This document shows, in pieces, positions 15,076 through 31,590 of a stretch of DNA of 64,000 bases (its first letter is position 1; each line of letters opens with the position of its first letter). The position numbers and the translations under genes were made by a program. The DNA lies in assembly GCF_009914755.1 (NCBI RefSeq), contig NC_060931.1. The stretch is one strand, 5' to 3'. The notes beneath the pieces were generated by a model that was not told where the DNA came from, did not search any database, and was given only the letters and a program-made list of their open reading frames with translations. The stretch comes from the human T2T-CHM13v2.0 reference genome, Homo sapiens.

Positions 15076-15836
15076 TGATATATACACACACACACACACA
15101 CACAGTTTATTTTCCTATCACTACTATTTCTTACTCATTATCACAGATTCTCACCTATATATTCCAGTCACTCAAAACCACAACTTACCTGGCATGTAAG
15201 TTGTAACTCAGATGATTGTGTCTGCCCTATGTTTCAGTTTCCTTGGCACTGATTTGTTTATACCAGGGATCTCAGAAAAATAATTATGTTGACCCTTTCC
15301 TTTGATGATCATTAGTTATAGATGATAAATTTTGATATCTAATTTTTATCTCACCAGCAGATTGCACTACTAAGCAGCACAGTTAAATGGCCCTGTGATC
15401 CATTACACCATCACAGACTTAAATGGTATTATGTACATACTGTAGTATAGTTCTAACTTAATATCTTATTTCTTTACATTTTTACATAAAACCAAAATAA
15501 AACAATTGGGAATCATAAGATTTTAAGTTTATCTTTTTATGTTTTTCTCTTCTTTTAAATCTCTGGAGTTTGCAGAAAGATGGCCGTCTAGATGCAGCCA
15601 GGAGGAATATGTACCACATAGGGACCAGGACACTGGAAAGACTGGCACACTCTGAGGAGATCTTTGGAGGGAAGACATTGAGAGTAAATGGAGAGAGGAC
15701 ACAGGTGCTGAGCTGAAAGGGAAGGAAGCTGGGGACACTGCACGGGGCTACCATGCACTGGGATTTGTTCCTGGCCCCTAATGATTGCTGAAGAGGGGTG
15801 AGTTGAGCACATGAGGTGCAACTCACTCTATCTCTG

Positions 15837-16199
15837 TGGTATGGTTTGACTGTGTCCCCACCCAAATCTCATCTTAAATTGTAGCTACCATAATTCCCAT
15901 GTGTTGTGGGAGGGACCCCATGGGAGATCATTTAATTGTGGGGTCAGTTTCCCCCATATTGTTCTCATGGTAGTGAATAAGTCTCATGAGAAATGATGGT
16001 TTTATAAGGGGAAACCACTTTCATTTGGCTGTCTTTTCTCTCTTGTCTGCCACCATGTAAGATGTACCTTTCTTTTTCCACCATGATTGTAAGGCCTCCC
16101 CAACCACGTGGAACTGTGAGTCCACTTAACCTCTTTCTGCTTATAAATTACCTAGTCTCAGGTATGTCTTTATCAGCGGTGTGAAATCGGACTAATACA
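15837..16199 (+). mobile_element. THE1 solo LTR
   Basis: tggtatggtttgactgtgtccccacccaaatctc...ggactaataca. Confidence 0.9.
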
Positions 16200-16292
16200 C
16201 AATGGATCTCTGGAATCCTAGCAGTAGGACATCTCACAACCGCCATGGACACTTGAGTTGACAGGGACAGCTGCTTAGAGAGGTGTTAGGGA

Positions 16293-17405
16293 TGCATTAG
16301 TCCATTTCATAATACTAAAAATAATTGCCTGAAAGTGGATAATTTCTAAAGATAAAAGGTTTAATGGACTCACAGTTCAGGGATGGGGAGGCCTCAGGAA
16401 ACTTATAATCATGGCAGAAGGAGAAGGGGAAGCAAGGTACTCTCTTCTCAAGGCAGCAAGAAAGAGAAGTGCCAAGTGAAGGGGGAAGAGCCCCTTAGAA
16501 AACCATCAAATTTTGTGAGAACTCACTATCATAAGAACAGCATGGGAGAAACTGCCTCCATGATTCAGTGACCTCCACCTGGTCTCTCCCTTGACATGTG
16601 GGAATTATGAGAATTACAATTCAAGATGAGATTTGCATGGGGACACAAAGCCTAACCATATCATTCTGCCCCTGACCCCTCCAAAATCTCATGTCTTTTT
16701 CACATTTAAAAAGCAGTCATGCCTTCCCAACAGTCCCCCAAAGTCTTAATTCATTTCAGCGTCCAAGTCCAAAGTGTCATCTGAGAGAAGCCAACTCCCT
16801 TCTGCATACAAGCCTGTAAAATCAAAAGCAAGTTAGTTACTTCCTGGATACAATGGGGGTACAGGCATTGGATAAATACAGCCATTCCAAATAGGAGTTA
16901 TTGGCCAAAATGAAAGGGCTACAGGCCCCATGCAACTCCTAAATCCAGTGCAGCAATCAAATGTTAAAGCTCCAAAATAATCTGCTTTGATTCTATGTCT
17001 CACATCCTGGTCACACTGATGCAAGAGGTGGGCTCCCACAGCCTTGAGCAGCTCCACCCCCATGGCTCTACAGGGTATAGCCCCCTCTCCCAGCTGCTTT
17101 CATGGGCTGGCATTGAGTCTGCAGCTTTTCTAGGTGTACAGTGCAAATGGGTACAAGCTGTTAGTGGATCCACCATTCTGGGGTTTTGCAGCTCCACTAG
17201 GTGGTACCCCCACGGGGACTCTGTTTGAGGCTCTGACCCCACATTTCCCTTCTGCACTGCCCTAGCAGAGGTTCTCCATGAGGGCTCCACTCTTGAAGCA
17301 AACTTCTTCCTGGCCATCTAGGCTTTTCCATACATCCTCTAAAATTTAGGTGGAGGTTCCCAAACCTCAATTCTTGACTTCTGTGCACCAATGGGCCCAA
17401 TATCA
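16293..17405 (-). mobile_element. THE1D-like LTR (16293-16663) plus truncated internal region
   Basis: LTR ends gcctaaccatatca, followed directly by MaLR internal sequence ttctgcccctgacccctcc...; no second LTR. Confidence 0.85.
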
Positions 17406-17768
17406 TTTTAATAAAGAACCAAGCTGATCTGAAAGAGGTGAAAAACTGAAAAAGTCACTTTAAGAATGCATTCTCAAGTATTAACAGCAAAATCGAGCAA
17501 GCTGAGGAAAGACTCTCCAAGTTCAAAGATCAGTTCTCTGAAATAGTCAGACAAAAGCAAAGAACAAATATTAAAGAAGAATAAACAACACCTCTGAGAA
17601 ATACGAGATTATGTAAAGAGATCAAATCTATGACTCACTGGCATCCCTGAAAGAGAAAGTAAGCAATTTGCAAAACATATCTTAGGATATTGTAGATGAA
17701 AATTTTTCCAATCTTGCTAGAAAGGCAAACATTCAAATTTAGGAAATGCAGAGAAACCTTGTGAGATA

Positions 17769-17769
<1 letters not shown>

Positions 17770-17815
<46 letters not shown>
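17770..17815 (+). repeat. (CA)23 microsatellite
   Basis: Perfect CA run inside L1 ORF1. Confidence 0.97.
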
Positions 17816-17819
<4 letters not shown>

Positions 17820-18436
17820 AAATCCCAAGACACATAGTCATCAGATTCTCCATGGTCTCAATAAAAGAAAAAATGTTAAAGACAGCTAGAGAGAATGACA
17901 AGTCCTCTACAAAAGGAAACCCTTCATGCTAACAGCAGACTTTTTTTTAGCAGAAACCCTGCAAGCCAGAAGAGATTGGGGGCCTATGTTCAGCATGCTT
18001 AAAGAAAAGAAATTCCAACCAAGAATTTCATATCCGGCCAAACTAAGCTTCTATAAGCAAAGGAGAAATAATAATCTTTTCAGATAAGCAAATGCTGAGG
18101 GAATTTGCTGCCTACCAGACATGCCTTACAAGAGGTCCTGAAGGGAGTGCTAAATATGGAAAAGAAAGATCATTACTGACCACTACAAAACACACATAAG
18201 TACATAGACCATTGACATTATAAAGCAACCATGCAAACAAGTCTGCATAATAACCAGCTAACAATATAATGACAGGATCAAATTTGCACATGTCAATATT
18301 AACCTTGAATATAAACAAACTAAATGTCCCCATCAAAAGGCACAGAGTGGCAAGTTGGATAAAGAAGCAAGACTCAACAGGATGCTGTCTGCAAGAGACC
18401 CATGTCATGAGCAATGACACTAATAGAAAAGCATAA

Positions 18437-18737
<301 letters not shown>

Positions 18738-19779
18738 CAAGCATAATTCTTTCTCTGGTATATTAAATATTTCACTGTGGTAGGATCTATTGCTGGGGAG
18801 TTAATATAATCCTTTAGTAATGTCATAACCCCCTGCTTTTTTATACTTCCAGAATTATTATGTTTGTTCCTTCACACCTGGAGAAACTGTCACTTCTTTT
18901 TACTTTGAATTTATTTTTGTTTGAAAGGACATTTTTCTCTTGTTGATATGACTGTAATGTATATTTAGTAGGGCCATTTGGCTTTGCTTCTGGGTGTTTT
19001 CAGTGGCAAAGTCTATGTATGAATTCCTTGGTTATAGATAGTGTTAGTGTGCTGGCTTTTTCAATTGCCAATAGTGGTAGCAGTATACTGGGAGTTTGAG
19101 CAGGCCCATGGGCTCCCACAAAGCCAGGGTGGCACAGGTCTTGAGAAGCTGAGACCGTCCTCCACATGTTATCTTCTTTGTTTTCTTAATTATGATCTAC
19201 TCATCCATTTACATGTCATTACACCACTACACTAAAATAATTTCTTAGATTTGTTTTCTACTTGATTGATTTGATTTCTAAAGTGTCTATTCTGCTAATT
19301 ACAGTATAGAATATATATTTTTATCCTGCTACTAAAATTTTAATTTTGTTAAAATTATTTTAAAATGTCATCAGTGAATAATGATTGCTTTATAGCTACT
19401 TTTTCAATATAAATACTTTTCCTTCTCTTAATTCCCATATTGCACTAAGTATAACCTGCAATATAATATTGAATAAAAGTCATAAGAGAAGATATTTTTG
19501 TCTTGTTTCTAAACTTGGAAAGAATTTAGACTTTCACTATTACGTATGATAGCTGTAGGTTTTTCAAAGTTATCTTTTATCATATTGAGGAAGTTTCTTT
19601 GTGTTTCTAGTTTTCTGAGAGTTGTTATTATGAATAGTCTTTGTATATTATGAAATATTTTGTCAACATATACTGTATTAAGATAATAATTTGAGGTTTT
19701 TCATTTATTACTTTAATTTGTTTTTAACATTTTAAATTTTAAAAATATAAAACTTTAAAAGATAAAATTTTAAAACTGT

Positions 19780-20298
19780 ATAAGATTCTATATGAGTACA
19801 ATATGATTTGATATATGTATACATTGTGAAATAATTACTATATCATGTTAACACATCCATCATATCAAATAGTTACATGCCTGTGTATGTGTGTGTGTGT
19901 TAAGAACACTTAAGATCTGCTCTCTTAGAAATACAGTATTATTAACGATAGTCACCAGAATGTATACTAGATTTCTAGAACTTCGTCATCTTATAACTGA
20001 CAGTTTGTACCATTTGAGAAATATACTTCCTTCCCCCAAACCCCAATTCATGGCAAGCAGTGTTCTGCCCTCTGCTTCTAAGACTCCTACTTTTTAAAAT
20101 TCCACATATAAGTGGGATTATACAGTATTTGTTATTCTGTGTCTGGCTTATTTCACCCAGAATAATATTCCCAAGGTTTATCCATGTTGTCACAAAGGAC
20201 AGGAGTTTCTTTATTTTATGGCTTAACAACATTCCATTGTATTTCTATGCCATATTTTCATTATTGATCTGTTGAAGGGCACTTAAGTTAGTAGCATA
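19780..20298 (-). mobile_element. L1MA-type 3'UTR
   Basis: Antisense 3'UTR; ORF 19975-20232 resembles the conserved SFVTTWINL...ILGEISQ stretch of L1 3' ends. Confidence 0.75.
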
Positions 20299-20317
20299 CC
20301 TTTTTTCATTTTTTCTT

Positions 20318-24010
<3,693 letters not shown>

Positions 24011-24608
24011 TAATTTGTTAATATAGTTGTTTACATTTGTTGATTCCTGAATATAAAACCACCCTTGAATTCCTGTAATAAACTCTACTTAATCATGAGG
24101 TATTATCCCTTTTTTGTAATGCAAGGTTTGTTGTGCCAGATTTTTGTTAAGGAATTCGTGTCTGTGTTCATAAACGTATTGGTCTATAGTATTCTCTATA
24201 GTTTTTACATGTATGTGTGTGTTATAATCCTGGTAAACATGAATTTGTATTAATATCTCTGACTTCAATCAAGTGCCAAAAGATTTATTATAGCTTTCTG
24301 CTCTTGATTATCTGTAACTTCCCTCTTCATCAGTAAGAAACCACCCACCACTTTTCATATGTATTTCTTTAAAAGTTCATTTTTGTCTTTAATGTTATAG
24401 TTTAGAGTCAAACATAATTTTCCAAGGGTAATTAAGTCAGTTTCTCCCCACCTCCCGTTTAGGGTGACTAAGTATTTTTAAATACTTGTGATAGAATTAT
24501 CTTCATTCAGTTCTGGAGTATCTCAATATTTTGGTTAATTGTTTTAAAATTTATGTTTCTACGTTTACATATGTTAAATTTAACCATTTGAGGGGTGTAA
24601 TTCTATGG

Positions 24609-24768
24609 CATTTAAATTTTTTAAATTTTTATTCATATTAACTTTTCAGAGAGAGGGTCTTTCTTGCTATGTTGCCCAAGCTGGACTTGAATTCCTGGGT
24701 TCAAGCAATAACACCTGCCTCAGCCTCCTGAGTAACTTGGAGTACAGGCATACACCATTATGCCTGGC
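24609..24768 (-). mobile_element. FLAM / Alu monomer
   Basis: Left-monomer sequence; flanking ttctatgg at 24601 and 24772. Confidence 0.8.
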
Positions 24769-25393
24769 AAGTTCTATGGGTTTTGACAAATCTGCAGAGC
24801 CTTGAATCCACAACTCAGTGCTATATAGAACAGTTTCCCTGTGTGTCTTTTTCATGTTCAATCCCCCACCCCATTCAATCAACCACTAGCAACTACTGAT
24901 TTGTTTTCTATCTTGATTGCATTGCCTTTTTCAGAAGATCATATTAATGTAATCATATAGTAGGTAGCTTTTTTCTGTCTGGCTTCTTTTACTTAGCAAA
25001 ATGCATTTAACATTTATCCATGTTGTATGAAACAATAGCTCATTCCTTCTTATTGTTGAGTATTATTGCATTATTTGTTTCTCCATTCTTTTGTCAGAGG
25101 ACATCTTGGTCACTTCTAGTTTTAGTGATTATGAATAAAACTGCTATAAAAGTTTTTATATGTGAACATAAGTTTTCAAGTTACCTGGAGGAATACTTAC
25201 AAGTATAATTGCTGGGCCATATGGCAAGTCCATATTTAACAACAACAAAATAAAAAAAACACAAAAATGGCCAAACTGCCACCCAAAGTGCATGAATCAC
25301 TTTGAATTCCTGTAAGCGATAAATGTTCTATATCCTTGTCTGCATTTGGTATTGTCTGTTATTTAGATTTTAGTTATTTTAATGGATGTTTAG

Positions 25394-25711
<318 letters not shown>

Positions 25712-25936
25712 CCAATTATTATTTTAATTTGCATTTCCCCAATTACAAATGGCATTGAATATCACTCCATGTATTTTCCATCTATGTTTTTGAAGTTCTG
25801 TTTAGATATTTTGTCAATGTTTTATTGGGTTATTTTCTTCTGATTGAATTTTAAGAATTTTTACATATTCTAGATCAAGTTCTTTATCAGATACATGATT
25901 TGAAAATATTTTCTCCCAGTCTGTGGTTTGTCTTTT

Positions 25937-26323
25937 TTTAATTTTTTTATTTTTATTTAAGTTCTGGGATACATGTGCAGAACATGCACATTTGTTACAT
26001 AAGTATACGTGTGCCGTGGTGGTTTGCTGCACCTATCAACCCATCACCCAGGTTTTAAGCCCCGCATGCATAAGCTATTTGTCCTGATGCTCTCCCTCCC
26101 CTCGCCCCTACACCAACAGGCCCCAGTGTGTGTTGTTCCCCTCTCTGTGTCCATGTGTTCTCATTGTTCAACTCCCACTTATGAGTGAGAACATGCGGTA
26201 TTTGGTTTTCTGTTCCTCTGTTAGTTTGTTGAAGATGATGGCTTCCAGCTTCATCCATGTCTCTGCAATGGACATGATCTCATTTATTTTTGTGGCTGCA
26301 TAGTATTCAATGGTGTATATGTA
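25937..26323 (-). mobile_element. 5'-truncated L1PA8-like 3' end
   Basis: gttttaagccccgcatgcat; TSD tgtggtttgt(c/t)tttt at 25922 and 26324. Confidence 0.87.
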
Positions 26324-28702
26324 TGTGGTTTGTTTTTTAATTCTCTTAGCAATATCTTTCATAGATTGATTTTTAAATTTCTATTGATATCTACTTTATT
26401 TTCTTTCATGGATGTTGCTGTTGGTGCTGTCTCTAAAAACTGATTGCAAAAGTCATGAAGATTTTCTCCTATTAATTCTTACATATTTTATAGTTTTATG
26501 TTTTACATTTTGGTCTATGATTCAAGTTTTGTATGATGTGTGAGTTATGTGCTGGGGCTTATTTCTATTTTTGTCTTTTTCACATGATTATTCACTTTTT
26601 TCCAACACAATTTGTTGAGAAGACTACCCTTTCTTCATGGAATTACCTTCGAAACTTTGAAAAAAGGAGTATAGTTGTGTAGGTCAATTTCTGGGCTTTC
26701 TATTGATTTTTATGCATGTGTCTATCTTTTCTCTAGTCCCACATTGTGTTGATTGCTGAAGATTAGAGTGAGTTCTCCAATTTCCTTCTTTTTACAGAAA
26801 TGTTTAGCTAATAATCTAGTTAGTATCTACTAAAAACATACTGGTTTTTTAATTGGGATTGTGTTGATTATATACACCATATTAGAAAGAATTAAGATCT
26901 TAACAGTATTGTGGTTTCTAATCCATAACCTTGACATCTCTCTCAATATATGTAATTTCTTTAATTATTCTCATCCATGTTTCATAGCTTTTCATATGAA
27001 AACATAATTTATTAGATTCATATAAAAGTGGTTCACTTGGGGATGGTTATTGTGGATTTAAACATTTTATATTCCAAATGTGAATTTCTGGTACGTCAGA
27101 ATACAGTTGACTTTTGTAAATTGAACTTGTACCTGGCAACTTTAATTAGGCTCATGGACTACTCCCAGAAAAAAGAAAAAAGTAGATTCATTGGGAATTT
27201 CTACACAGAAAATCATGGTATCAGATAAAAAAAAAAAAAGAATACTTTTATTTATTTCCTTCTAACCTGTATGCCTTTTATTTATTTTTCTTGCTTTAAT
27301 GCACTAGCTAGGACTTTCAATATGCTATTGAGTAGGAGTGGTGAGAGAGCACATCCTCTTCTTGTTCCAGATCTTAAGGAGGAAGCAATCAATCTCTCAT
27401 TATTAAGTATAAAGTTTGCTGTACACTTTTCACAGATACTCTCTACCAGGTTAAAGAGTTTACTTTCTACCACAGTTTGCTGAGAGTTTCCATCATAAAT
27501 GGATATTGCTTTTATCAAATTATTTTTTTGCATCTGTTTAGATGATAATATAGCTTCTCTTATTTAGCCTATTACTATGATCAAATTCACTTATTGACTT
27601 TCAATATTGAACCAGTCTTGCATTCTGTAGATAAAGTACTAGGTCATGATGTGTTATCCTATTTATATATTATTAGACTAAATTTGCTAATAATTTGTTA
27701 GAAATTTTTGTGTCGGTTTTCATGAAAGATATTAGCCTGATTTGGGTAATATGTTGGACTCATAAAAGGCTGCAAAGTGTTCCCTCTGATTCTGTTTCCT
27801 GGGAGTATTTGTATAGTACTGGTGGTATTTATTTTTTAGTGTCTGATAGAACTTATTGAAATCATTTGGTCCTAGAGCTTGATTTATAAAGTTTTTACTA
27901 CAATTCAAAAGACATACAACTATTTAGTTTACTACTTTTTTGATAAGCTTGAGAGTTTGTATTTTGTGGAATCAGGCCATTTCATCTAAGTTATGGAATT
28001 TATAAGCATAGATTTTTAGTAGTATTTTCTTACTATCTATTTAAAATATCAGTACTGATATCTCCGCTTGATACTGGTAAATTATGTCTCCTCTCTTTTG
28101 TCTTAGTTAGCTTATCTAGAGTGTAAACTTCAGCTAATAAAGCAATGCAACTTATGAGAGGTACAATGAGAAATAGAAAGTGCATGTTAAGAATAGGAAA
28201 TTTTGATTTATGTTTTTTTCCTTTGCATATTAAGCAAGAGGACAACTAAAGACACACATGGAAGACCAACATAATATCTTTAAGAAGGTAGACAAAACTG
28301 ATATACATAAAATTCTGCACCCTACATGAATAAATTAATTATCTCCTTTTTGGGGGTTCCTGAAATAGACACAAAAATTTACCCTATATCGCTTCATTGA
28401 GATAACTTCCTAAAAATCCAAGCTAGTAATACTACTACATATAATATTCTCTTACTGCATTGCATAAAAACTAAACATTAATTAATGACAAATATCATAA
28501 CAGTGGTAAATCCTAGTAATTGTGATCTTATTAGATATTAAGCAATTTGCAAAAGAAACTGGAACCTTCTGCTATGTAAAACAAGGCAAAATCAGATATA
28601 ATCAATCCTTCTAAGATATATTAATTTCTCTTTGAAACATCATCAATTTTAAAAGATGACTCCACTGCATGGAACCATGTAAAAATTGCTATGTGTTAAT
28701 AA

Positions 28703-30320
28703 TGTCATGGGATCCTTGGGGTGTTGCTTGACAAACCAGAAACCTCTGTGGCTGGCAGTGCCTCTGCTTGAGTTTTGTTTGTGCCTCCTGGTCTCGTTCT
28801 GCCTACTTGGCCCAGCAGGCTGTGCTTGGCTTGTGCTACTGGCCCAGGTCCCACACCTGCCAAGGACAAGCCAGGTGTGGAGCAGTAGGGGATGTGTGGG
28901 TGAGCAAGTGTGGGGTCTGGCCACTGTGCATAGCCAAGCACGGCTGTGGTGGGGCAGGCAGCTCCAGGCGCTAGCACAGCTGCCAGCTCCTGCAAGGCTG
29001 CAGCTGGACCAGAGGTACCACAAGTGGCTTCTGCTGTGGGCACCAGTGTCTGGACAAGGGGAAAGTAATGGCACCCAAAAGCTTAGAGATGCCAGGAACT
29101 GCAAAGCCCCAAAAAGGATATTACAGCTGTCGCAACCCTGGCTTGGGGAGCCCTGATGTCTGGGCTCCCAAAAGGGCTGAAGCTCTTCTCTCCTTCTCAT
29201 CCCCCGCCACGTGGGGAGTGGAGGATGTGTTTCAGCCATGTTTGGGTTACAGCTCTTTCTGTCCTACCATTCAGCATGTCCTGAGTTCTTGTCCTGTGTC
29301 CATGGAGAATGAGGTATGTGGACAACTGGAGGGGTGAGCAAGGTGGAGAGGAGCTTCATTGAGCTACAGAATAGCTCTCAGGGGGCCCAAAGTGGGTAGC
29401 TCCTTTCCATAGGCAGGTTGCCCTGATAAGTGTCCAACTCTCAGCAGGGAGGAGACCCATAGTAGGTAGCTCCTTTCCACAGGCAGGTCGGCTCAACAAG
29501 TTGAGGAGACCCATAGTGGATAGATCCTTCCTGAAGCTGGTAGTCCTGATGTCTGTGTTAGTCTGGCTGGGTCCAGGGTTTTTATGGGCTCAGAAGGGAG
29601 GTGGTGTGTGCTGACTGGTCCATGGGCAGCCATGGGCGGCCATGGGCAGGCCTGGAAAAAGCACCATAAGTTTTCTCTCTGGGCCGTGGATTCCACCCAG
29701 AACTAGCAGCCCTGCCCCCAGGCTTTAGGCCATCTCTGGCTTGAAGGTGGTGCTCACCAGGTACCCACCCCTTTCTACCCAGGAACCTGTCTGCCTCCTG
29801 CTGCCATCAACATTTTGTCCATGGTGCCTGGCTGCTCATGCTGAGGGGTGCCTGCGGGCCCACACTAAGCTGTCCTCAGCATCCTTCCTGTTCTTGTTGG
29901 TGCCCAAAGTCTGGAGGGGGCCAAGGCAGCAGAAGGCTGGTGTTTCAGCACTGCCCTGAGTGTGCAAACTCCTAGCTGAGTCATGACAGCGCCCAGGTTT
30001 GACCACAACTTTGCTCCAAAATCAGAGGGGTTACTGGGAGCTGGGGAGCAGTGGGAGCAGGCATTTCCAAGCCTGTGGGGACAGGGGTGTCTTCCTGGGC
30101 CCCTGAGAGCACAGGGATACCTGGGTCTGGAGCTGAGGCTGGGCAGCTGCAGCTGCACCCAGGAGTGCAGGGCTTCTGCCACACCAACTCAATAGGGGGT
30201 AGGGGTCCCACCTGTTCCTATCTCCTGCTGGCCTGTGGAGCATGGAACCTAGGCCATGCCTCCTGTGCTGCAGCGGGCATCTTCACAATGGCTGCTCCAT
30301 ACAGGCCGCTGCTGCCATCA
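28703..30320 (-). mobile_element. MER52-family solo LTR (ERV1), complete, 1618 bp
   Basis: Minus strand starts tgatggcagcagcggcc and ends ccccaaggatcccatgaca; perfect TSD ATAA (28699-28702, 30321-30324). Confidence 0.87.
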
Positions 30321-31489
30321 ATAATGAATAGCATAAATCAACATTTTTGTTTCTACTTATAGTTTTTTTAAGTAGAAAATTAGTGCAGTTCCTTTGGTTT
30401 GTAACACAAATATATGTCTTCTGTATACTTTTTATAGAAATTTCTATCAATATGCACATATATCAGAGAATGCTTCTGGTTTGCTATCTAATTGTTATGA
30501 TGCTCTGAGATTATTACGGAAATATTGGGGAGAAGTAACTAAACATTCTGTATTCCACAGCTTATCTAATGTTTTTATATTCTTATTAATATTGGACTGG
30601 GAGAATTGGCAATTTACAATTTTTTTCCTTTTTAATAAAATTAATAATTAATGAAGAACCATTACTAACTTGAGGTCAAACTATTTCTCCAAGTACATTT
30701 AATTCCACACACTGGAGAATGAAAAATTTTAACACTATCAAACTCTTCTATAACACCTGTAATCAGATAAGCCATTTCCCATATGTTAAGACTTTTTATT
30801 GCACGGAAGATGCTACTGAAGAAAATATCTCTCTCAAGCTTGCCAGACCTTTGTATGCCTGAACACAGTTGATAATAATAGATTAATTTCATGTTTCATA
30901 CACTTCAGAATGAATTTTCATTCTAATTAACTGCAGTGTTTTTCAATGAGTTACCGGCTTATTTTGAAAGGTTACAAAAAGCAGAGTTAATTGAATAAGG
31001 TGTGGTTATAACAAATAATTCAGATATTTACTATTATCACTATAAGTGTTAAAATTGAGTAAAAAGGTAACACTCCACAAAATAGAATATTAAGGGATTC
31101 ATGTCCATTTAATATATAAATTACAATGATTGCCTCATTAAATTTTCCTTATACTTCTTTGCAGCCATTTTCATCCTGCAAATTTGTCAGTTCCATTTCT
31201 TATGCAAATTTGCTGAGAGTATAAAAACACATATTTGCTTCATAAAAAAATTGAACTTATTTTTCTCTATAACTTTATCTTTCTACTATTCATCGCAAAA
31301 CACATTGGCTTAACTAGCAACATAACTTGTTTTTAATGTCTCGTCTCAATTCCTGGTTAATTCATCAAGGTGGCTTCTGTCTCTAACACTTAATTGTAAT
31401 CGTCATTAATTAAGGTCAGTTGTTTGCTGTTTTGTATCTACTTTGCTTAATCTCATCAACACCATTCAGCTAATATGTCATTGTTTGAT

Positions 31490-31590
31490 TTTTCTTCTTT
31501 TTCTCCCACTCCTCCTTTCTCCTCTCCCTCTTTCTTATGATTCCTCTTCCTTCTCTTCTCCTCCTCCTCTTTCCCCCACCCCACCACCCT
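31490..31590 (+). repeat. CT-rich low-complexity tract
   Basis: Pyrimidine run. Confidence 0.85.

Larger units (their letters stand above)
15570..18425 (+). mobile_element. L1P 5' portion (5'UTR, ORF1, start of ORF2), fragmented by two THE1 insertions and a deletion
   Basis: aagatggcc start near 15576; ORF1 sequence ~17410-18200; ORF2 start atgacaggatcaaat near 18269. Confidence 0.75.

Noticed and set aside
28649-30362. Dense overlapping ORFs in a GC-rich island suggesting a gene or CpG island
   Set aside because: Lies essentially within the MER52 LTR; CpG-depleted, and stops are rare because of GC content.
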